Shown here in pieces: positions 57,599 through 63,920 of a stretch of DNA of 63,920 nt. How positions within the stretch are numbered: the stretch's first letter is position 1; every line of letters begins with the position of its first letter. Position numbers and translations under genes: made by a program. This DNA is from an uncultured bacterium (GTDB lineage Bacteria; Lernaellota; Lernaellaia; Lernaellales; Lernaellaceae). The notes under the pieces were generated by a model. It had not been told where the DNA came from and searched no databases. It saw nothing but the letters and a program-made list of their open reading frames with translations. Location of the stretch: assembly GCA_964534375.1 (NCBI GenBank), contig CAZHPN010000008.1, forward strand, positions 1-63,920. Direction: 5' to 3'.

Positions 57599-58360
57599 TC
57601 ACCACGTCCGCGCCCTGGCGACGACCGCCGCATCGACGGCGACGGCGCCGGCGCGGCGGCAGATTTTCGCGCATTCGTTGAGCGTGGCGCCGGTCGTCGC
57701 CACGTCGTCCACCAGCAGGATGCGGCGGCCGGCGAAATCCGCGGCGGGCCCGAGGGCGAAGGCGCCGCGCACGTTGTCCGGCCGTTCGTGCACGGTGAGC
57801 GCGGCCTGCCGCGGCGTATCGCGCAGGCGCTGCAGCCAATGCGGGCGCAGCGGCAAGCGATGGCCGCCGGGCATTTCCGAAACGAGCAGGGCCGCCTGGT
57901 TGAACCACCGCCGGCGATAGCGCGACGGGTGCAGCGGCACGGGCACGATGGCGTCGTAGCTGTCCCAGCGAATGCCGTGCTCGGCGACGCCGCGCAGCAC
58001 GCCGGCAAGGGCGAAGCCGGCGGCCAGCCCGCGGTGATATTTGAAATCGGCGATCGCCGCCGCCGTGCGCTCATTGTAGACGACGGCGCCGCGCAGGCGG
58101 TCGAACGCGGGCGGATGCGCGAGGCAGCGGGCGCAGTCGAGCGGCGGCGCGCCGGCGTCGACGGGCATGCCGCAGCGGCGGCAAAACGGCGGCTGAATGC
58201 GCTGCACGAACGGCGCGCAGTCGGGGCAGGCGAAGCGATCGTCGTGCGCCCCGAGCGGGCGCGCGCACCACGGGCACAAGTCGGGGAAGAGCAATTCGGC
58301 GACGGCGCGCGTCAAGAAACGCCAAGCGGGCACGCGCGACGAGAGCAGCGAATGAACCAT
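57599..58360 (-). CDS. comF: ComF family protein (zinc ribbon + PRTase)
   Basis: CxxC x4, VPVPLH, FNQA, LLVDDVATTGATL. Confidence 0.9.
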   Translation of the reverse strand: MVHSLLSSRVPAWRFLTRAVAELLFPDLCPWCARPLGAHDDRFACPDCAPFVQRIQPPFCRRCGMPVDAGAPPLDCARCLAHPPAFDRLRGAVVYNERTAAAIADFKYHRGLAAGFALAGVLRGVAEHGIRWDSYDAIVPVPLHPSRYRRRWFNQAALLVSEMPGGHRLPLRPHWLQRLRDTPRQAALTVHERPDNVRGAFALGPAADFAGRRILLVDDVATTGATLNECAKICRRAGAVAVDAAVVARARTW

Positions 58361-58373
58361 GCCCGGCGGCGGA

Positions 58374-59678
58374 TCAGGCGCCGTGCTTCGCGAGGCGGTC
58401 GCCGTAGCCCATCATCAGCGGCAGCAAATCGGCGCCGTTGACGCGGCCGTGGCCGCCGCGGGCCGCGGCGCGTTCGCCGAACGACGTCTGCTCGTCGGGA
58501 ATGACGAGCTTGCCGGCGAACAGCACGGGCACGGGGTGGAAACTGTGCCGCTTCATCGCCGCCGGCGTCGAGTGATCGCCGGTGACGCACAAGATCGCCG
58601 GGCCGAGCTTCTCCAGGCGGGGAAGTTGCGCGTCGACGTTCTCGATCACCTTGACCTTGGCGTCGAAATTGCCGTCTTCGCCGTAGCTGTCGGTCTTTTT
58701 GATATGGATAAAAAAGAAGTCGTAATCGTTCCAGACGCGTTCGACCGCAGCAAATTCAGATTCGATCGACACCTCGGCGCGCACCGGCTTGCCGCCGCCC
58801 GCAAGTTCCTCGTCGGCGGCGACGACATCCATCCCCAGCAGCCGCGCGACGCCGCGGTAATCCGGATACGCTGCGACGCAGGCCGCCCGCATGCCAGTGA
58901 TTTCCGGGAAATGCGGCAGCGCTTTGAAGGTGTCGAAGCCGCGCGTCAGAATGAAATTGGCCGGATGCTTGTCTTTCAACGCCGCGCGCGCCTGGGCGAT
59001 GATCTCCGCGACGACGGCCGCGGTGCGCTTCGCCGCCGGGTCGTTCGCCGCCTCGGGAAGCGGCGCGGGCGCGAGCGGGGCCACGCCGGTCGCCTGCGGA
59101 TCGGTGTCGCCCATCAAACCGGACCAGCCGGCGCCGCTCAGGTGCAGCACCGCCCGGTGTTCCTTGCTTTGGAAAAAGCGGAACGAAACGCCGGCGACCT
59201 TGACCTGTTCGTTGAGAAGCTCGACCAACCCGGCGGCCGGGCCGTCTTTGATGCGGCCGGCGCGGCGATCGGTCACGATCAAGCCGCCGTTTTTCTCTTC
59301 GACCGTGCAGAAATTGACGCGCGCCGCGACCTCGCCGGCTTGCATGACGTTCGGCTCGAAGCAGCGCGCGCCGAAAAGCGCGAGCACGCCGCGACCGATC
59401 TCGTACACCAGCGGGTCGTAACCGAACAGCGCCAGGTGCGCCAAGCCCGAGCCGGGCGTGAAGCCGGGCGAGATCGGGTCGTGCACGCCGAGCGAACCGG
59501 ACTTGGCCAGCCGGGCCAGATTCGGGGCGGCGGCGCTTTCGAGTTCGGTTTTGCCGCCCGGACCGCTGGCCATGCCGCCGAGGCCGTCCATCACCAGCAA
59601 GACGACCTTGCCGAGGCCGGCTTTGCGTTCGGCGAGATGTTGGATGAGTTGCAGACGCGGCGTGAGCGGATATTTCAT
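58374..59678 (-). CDS. apgM: 2,3-BPG-independent phosphoglycerate mutase (ApgM type)
   Basis: MDGLGG, TPGSGLAHLALFGYDP, TDRRAGRI, KKTDSYGEDG, GDHSTP. Confidence 0.9.
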   Translation of the reverse strand: MKYPLTPRLQLIQHLAERKAGLGKVVLLVMDGLGGMASGPGGKTELESAAAPNLARLAKSGSLGVHDPISPGFTPGSGLAHLALFGYDPLVYEIGRGVLALFGARCFEPNVMQAGEVAARVNFCTVEEKNGGLIVTDRRAGRIKDGPAAGLVELLNEQVKVAGVSFRFFQSKEHRAVLHLSGAGWSGLMGDTDPQATGVAPLAPAPLPEAANDPAAKRTAAVVAEIIAQARAALKDKHPANFILTRGFDTFKALPHFPEITGMRAACVAAYPDYRGVARLLGMDVVAADEELAGGGKPVRAEVSIESEFAAVERVWNDYDFFFIHIKKTDSYGEDGNFDAKVKVIENVDAQLPRLEKLGPAILCVTGDHSTPAAMKRHSFHPVPVLFAGKLVIPDEQTSFGERAAARGGHGRVNGADLLPLMMGYGDRLAKHGA

Positions 59679-59729
59679 TTGCAAATCTCCCGTGTGCAGC
59701 AGTACCTGGGAAACTTGCGGCGCGGCGGC

Positions 59730-60068
59730 CTAGCTGTCAATCCGGGCGGCGTCGGGCCAGATGCCTTCGAGATCGTAGTACGGGCGCATCGGTTCGTAGA
59801 AGACGTGGAAGACGACGTCGCCGTAGTCGACCAGCCCCCACAAGCCTTCGCGTTCGCCTTCGACGGCCAGCGCGTATTCGCCGGCCTTCTTCATTTCCTG
59901 CACGACGTGGCCGAGGATCGCCTGCACCTGCCGCGTCGACCGGCCATGGCAAACGATGATGGCGTCGGCGTAGGAGCAAAGTTGCGTGACGTGAAGCAGC
60001 ACAGGATCGACAGCGTTTTTGTCTTGGGCCAGGCGGCAGATCTGGCGGGCCTTTTCGATGAATTCCAC
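59730..60068 (-). CDS. rsfS: Ribosome silencing factor
   Basis: DKNA-D, S-RQVQA, WGLVDYGDVVFHVF...YYDLEGIW. Confidence 0.93.
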   Translation of the reverse strand: MEFIEKARQICRLAQDKNAVDPVLLHVTQLCSYADAIIVCHGRSTRQVQAILGHVVQEMKKAGEYALAVEGEREGLWGLVDYGDVVFHVFYEPMRPYYDLEGIWPDAARIDS

Positions 60069-60239
60069 CTAGGTTTTTCCCCTCCTCGGGCACGTTGAAC
60101 TTCCGGAAATATCCTAGTCTCGCCTCCTGCCCGCCGTCAACGTCTTTCCGCGGCGGCGATTCATTGCCAAACGACCCCGTCTGCCGTTATTCTGTGGCCG
60201 CAATTTTTTCGCCGGCTGCTCGCGAGAAAGGAAATCGGC

Positions 60240-61193
60240 GTGAGAAACCGCTGCCTGCTCATTTCATCCGTCGTCGCGCTCGCCGTCGCGCTCGCCGCCT
60301 GCGGCGACCAATGGCGCCAGCCGCAATTGAATCACGCGCCGGCCGACCATCCATTCGTCCCGGCGGGCACGGGCGCGATGGTCGATCGCCTCATCCCGCT
60401 GGTCACGGCCTGGACACGCTCGAACGAGGCCAGCATGTTCGCCGGCGGCGATGCGAAAAAGCCCATGGATTTACCGTTGCCGGCGTTTTTCATCGACCAT
60501 CGCGGCGAATACGCGCTGGTCGACACCGGCCTGTCGCCGCTGCTGGCGACCGATCCCGCCGCGTACCTCGGCGAAACGCTGGCGAAGCTGGGCAAGTCGG
60601 CGCTCAAAGAGGTCACCATCAAAGCGGAGTGGAGCGCGGCGGCGCGGCTGCAAAAGCTCGGCGTCGATCGCGGGCAGGTGGGCCGCGTGATCCTGACCCA
60701 CGCGCATTTCGACCACACCGGCGCCAATCGCGATTTTCCGCACGCCGCGTTTCTCTTGACGCAGCCGCTATGGGACGCCGGCCGCAAGGGCGACCTCTTC
60801 AGCGGGCACTGGCGGCGCGATTTCCCCGACAGCCTCCGCCTGCAGTTGATCGACTTTCACGGCAGCGCGCCGTTCCTGACGTTCGCCGGCCGCTACGATG
60901 TGTTCGGCGACGGTTCGGTGATCGTGCTGCCGATGCCGGGGCACGATCCGGGTTGCGTCGGCGTTTTCGTCCGCGCCCGCACGCGGAACGTCCTGCTGAT
61001 CGGCGACGCGGCGTACACGATGCGCAACATTCGCGAACTGACCATGCCCGCCCGGGCGGTCGATGCGGAAGCGGAGTGGGACACGCTCGGGCGCTTGCGG
61101 AAACTGACGGAAGCGGCGCCGGACATCCTGATCGTGCCGTCGCACGACGCCGCGGTGATTCGCGCGATTCCGAACGATCCGGACAGCTTTTAG
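60240..61193 (+). CDS. N-acyl homoserine lactonase-family MBL lipoprotein
   Basis: Lipobox LAAC; VDTG, THAHFDHTG, DVFGDG, PGH, GDAAY, PSHD. Confidence 0.82.
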   Translation: MRNRCLLISSVVALAVALAACGDQWRQPQLNHAPADHPFVPAGTGAMVDRLIPLVTAWTRSNEASMFAGGDAKKPMDLPLPAFFIDHRGEYALVDTGLSPLLATDPAAYLGETLAKLGKSALKEVTIKAEWSAAARLQKLGVDRGQVGRVILTHAHFDHTGANRDFPHAAFLLTQPLWDAGRKGDLFSGHWRRDFPDSLRLQLIDFHGSAPFLTFAGRYDVFGDGSVIVLPMPGHDPGCVGVFVRARTRNVLLIGDAAYTMRNIRELTMPARAVDAEAEWDTLGRLRKLTEAAPDILIVPSHDAAVIRAIPNDPDSF

Positions 61194-61217
61194 CGGGGCG
61201 CAAATGAGGGGCGAGCG

Positions 61218-62375
61218 ATGACCTTGACCGCGGCGGTGATCGGCGGCGGACCGGCGGGGGCCGCCTGCGCCTGGCGGCTGGCGCGCGCCGGCGTGCGGAC
61301 GCTGCTGTTCGAGCGCGACCCCGAGCGGGAGAAACCGTGCGGCGGCGGTCTGACCGAGCGCGCGTTCGTCGCGCTGCCCGAGCTTCGCGATCTGAGCCTG
61401 CCGTGGTTGGAAGTCTGCGAGTGGCAGATGTTCGGGCCGTACCGGCAGTCGGTGACCATGAACCTGGGCCAGCCGGTCCGGATTTTGTCGCGGCGCGAAT
61501 TGGACGGGGCGTTGCGGCGCGAGGCGGCAAAGGCGGGCGCCGCGCTGGTGTTCGAGCCGGTGCGGCGGTTGGCGCCGCGGGTGGGCGGCGGCTGGCAGAT
61601 CAACGACCATGCGGCGGACGTCGTGGTCGGCGCCGGCGGCATGCGCGACCCGGTGGCGCAGCACGTCGGCATGGCGCTCAAACGCGAGGAACAGGCGGTC
61701 GCGCTGGGCCGCTTCGTTCCCGGCCGCTTTCCGCCGCGGATCATCACCAGTTTTTTGCCCGAGCGGCGCGGTTACCTGTGGTGGTTTCCGCGGCCGGACC
61801 ACGCGAGCTACGGTCTCGAACTGCCGGCGACGCGTTTCGACACGGCGACGGCGAAGAAGATCTTGCAAGAATTTGCCGCGAAACATTTGCCGGGCGTCGA
61901 TGTCAATCAGGGCGCGCCGTACGGCTGGACCGGCCCGGCGGTCGCCGAGCCCAGCGACCCGTTGCGCCGTTACGCCGGCCCCGATTGGCTGCTGGTCGGC
62001 GACGCGGCCGGCCTTTGCGACGGCACCACGGGCGAGGGCCTTTCCTACGCGCTGGCGAGCGGCGTCCTGGCGGCGGAGGCGATCGCGCGCGGCGAGCCGG
62101 CGTCGTACGAGCGGCGCTTGCGGGCGGACGTGCTGCCGGATTTGACGAAGGCCGCGCATCTGCAGCCGAAGTTTTATCGGCCGCGGCTGCTGGCGATGGC
62201 GATGTGGCTGCTCAAACGCAGCCCGACTTATCGGCAAATTTCGCGCGAGCTGGCGCACGGCCGGCAGAATTACCTGACGCTTCGGGAGCGGACGCTGGGG
62301 AACGGACCGCGCATTTGTTGGGAAGCGCTGCAGAATCGCGTTGACGATTCGCCGGAAATCGCGGGCAAAAAGTAG
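61218..62375 (+). CDS. Geranylgeranyl reductase family FAD-dependent oxidoreductase
   Basis: GGGPAG, KPCGGG, YLWWFP, VGDAAG...TGEGLSYA. Confidence 0.85.
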   Translation: MTLTAAVIGGGPAGAACAWRLARAGVRTLLFERDPEREKPCGGGLTERAFVALPELRDLSLPWLEVCEWQMFGPYRQSVTMNLGQPVRILSRRELDGALRREAAKAGAALVFEPVRRLAPRVGGGWQINDHAADVVVGAGGMRDPVAQHVGMALKREEQAVALGRFVPGRFPPRIITSFLPERRGYLWWFPRPDHASYGLELPATRFDTATAKKILQEFAAKHLPGVDVNQGAPYGWTGPAVAEPSDPLRRYAGPDWLLVGDAAGLCDGTTGEGLSYALASGVLAAEAIARGEPASYERRLRADVLPDLTKAAHLQPKFYRPRLLAMAMWLLKRSPTYRQISRELAHGRQNYLTLRERTLGNGPRICWEALQNRVDDSPEIAGKK

Positions 62376-62380
62376 ATCGT

Positions 62381-63232
62381 TCAGCGGCAGAAAACGGACA
62401 GCGGCCCCCAGCCGAGCCAGCCGCCGACGACCGCGCCGATCGTCACAAACGGAATGATGATCTTGAAGCCGGCCGTCTCGAACGGCAGGCCCTCATCTTC
62501 CCATTTTTCCTTGATGCCGATGTGCAGCGCCAGGCGCGCGAAGGCATTCAGTTCGAGGATCACCAGGAAGGTCATCGCGACGTACGCCGACGGGTCGTGC
62601 CCATAGATGCACAGGGCCATCACGCCCATGCCGCAGGCGAACGACGCCGCGGCCAGCAGCGGATTGAAGAGAAATGGAATGCCGCGCAGCAGCCAGAAGC
62701 CGAGCACGCCGCCCAGCACCACGAGCGCCAGCGTGTAGCGAATGGCGCCGACCGTGAGCGCGGTTGTCTGCGGGCCGCGAAAGCGCTCGACGAAGATCAT
62801 GTCGAAAATCGCCGTGAAGACTTTCGAGGTGGTCACGCCGGCTTCGCTGAAGTGATGGACGAACCCGGGCAAGAGGATGTAGCCGCCCATGCCCATCGCC
62901 ACGAGCGCCACAACGAGCACGGCCGCCGCGGCGGTGTCCTTGGCGCGTTTGAGCAGCACATGCTGCTCGCGGCCGACGTAGTCCATCTGCGATTCGATCG
63001 ACGTGTTGATGATTTCGAAGGCCGGCACGAGGCAGATGGCGATCATTAGTATGGCGCGTTCGGCGCGCGGCACGTCGAAGGCAACGTAAAAGGCCATTGC
63101 GAAGATCGCGAAGAACAGGTGAAAGCGCATGTTGGGCTGCGAATGCAAGGTGTAGATCAGGCCCGCAAAAGCGTGCGTGAAGCTGCGTCCGAGATGGCGC
63201 GCAGCCCGGCGCGCGCTGATGTTTGGAAGCAT
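62381..63232 (-). CDS. DgkA-family diacylglycerol/undecaprenol kinase with an extra C-terminal membrane domain
   Basis: SFTHAFAG, QPNMRFH, EIINTSIE, AKDTAAAAVL; GGAG RBS. Confidence 0.8.
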   Translation of the reverse strand: MLPNISARRAARHLGRSFTHAFAGLIYTLHSQPNMRFHLFFAIFAMAFYVAFDVPRAERAILMIAICLVPAFEIINTSIESQMDYVGREQHVLLKRAKDTAAAAVLVVALVAMGMGGYILLPGFVHHFSEAGVTTSKVFTAIFDMIFVERFRGPQTTALTVGAIRYTLALVVLGGVLGFWLLRGIPFLFNPLLAAASFACGMGVMALCIYGHDPSAYVAMTFLVILELNAFARLALHIGIKEKWEDEGLPFETAGFKIIIPFVTIGAVVGGWLGWGPLSVFCR

Positions 63233-63324
63233 GGCGACACTCCAATAAGACGGCGGTAGTGTAGCAAAAGAAAAAAATTCCGCCACCGCGCGGGTCAGCG
63301 GGCAATGGGCGGCGGTGCTGGGCA

Positions 63325-63494
63325 GTGGTGCTAGCCACGTCCGCGGCGGGTCCCGCGCCACGCGATAGGCCTCGACGAACATTTCACGCGCGCCGCGATG
63401 GTCGATGAAGTGGTGCCGGTGAAGTCGCGCCAGCCTCCTCCAGCCACCTCCAGCCACGTCGACAAAGTGGTGCCATAAAGTGGTGCCAGCCACC
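63325..63494. repeat. GTGGTGC(C/T)AGCCAC / CCAGCCAC repeats enclosing a transposase-like fragment
   Basis: GTGGTGCTAGCCAC at 63325; CCAGCCAC iterations ~63430-63458; AAAGTGGTGCCA twice at 63464-63488. Confidence 0.65.
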
Positions 63495-63712
63495 GCTGCG
63501 GCGGGCGGCAACGACCGTCGCGGCACGTGCCATCGTCAGGAGTCATTGGCCGCTGATTGCCGTTGCGAATCCGGTGCTTCGTGAAATTTCGGGCTCCAGA
63601 TGAACAGAAATGCAGATTCAGGCACGATAATTGACGTGCGATTTCTGCGGCGGATAGTTTTTCGCCGCTGTAGCAGGTGTTTCAGAAGATTCGGCCGGCG
63701 CTTACGATGCGC

Positions 63713-63920
63713 CTAATCAGGCGCGGGCGGCAACGGAACGAATGGCGGCACGTAGCAACCGGGCGGGAACTGGTAAATGGCTGCAGGCGGCTGTTGCCAG
63801 AACAGGTCGCGGGCAACGCGATACGCGGCGACGAACATGTTGTACGCGCCGCGGTGGTCCAATCTGGCCTCTTTGGTCGCGGCGTGGCACAGCGGCTGCG
63901 GTCGCTTCTTCAAATCATTC
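63713..63920 (-). CDS. C-terminus of a probable REP-associated tyrosine transposase (RAYT/Y1-like); gene runs off the window
   Basis: Frame open to the edge; KKRPQPLCHAATKEAR...FVAAYR-A...FPPGCY-PP resembles Y1 transposase C-terminal tails; catalytic HUH region not visible. Confidence 0.55.
   Translation of the reverse strand, partial: NDLKKRPQPLCHAATKEARLDHRGAYNMFVAAYRVARDLFWQQPPAAIYQFPPGCYVPPFVPLPPAPD

Noticed and set aside
63347..63863. TR/VR pair of a DGR
   Set aside because: Mismatches are mostly at codon third positions and are not adenine-specific.

Overview
High-GC bacterial chromosomal segment. The gene content and lipoprotein style suggest a deltaproteobacterial/Myxococcota-like lineage (inference only). 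Housekeeping content includes an ABC-2 exporter operon, glgA, an RpoH-type sigma factor, nikR, a TtcA-like gene, rfbD, a tRNA m6A37 methyltransferase, TsaC/Sua5, a glutathione peroxidase, purD/purE, comF, apgM and rsfS. There are also many predicted secreted or lipoprotein hydrolases (papain-family protease, PHP/CehA-McbA hydrolase, permuted alkaline-phosphatase-family protein, penicillin acylase, GH92, GH63, AHL-lactonase-like), several carrying Asp-rich linkers. Accessory elements are an AbiE-like (type IV TA) gene pair behind an AT-rich promoter with an operator-like palindrome, an internally deleted IS1634-like remnant, and a probable RAYT-like transposase cut by the right window edge. Most intergenic regions carry palindromic or 6/7/9-nt periodic repeats, some nested and one apparently translated. 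The best novelty candidates are (i) a transmembrane-less C-terminal 'Asp-rich linker-GGCGC-stop' motif that may be a Cys-dependent anchoring signal, (ii) the AbiE-like pair with a PD-(D/E)xK-like N-terminus, and (iii) the repeat/RAYT landscape. No rRNA, tRNA or CRISPR array was recognised. All family calls come from motifs read by eye, with no database searches.
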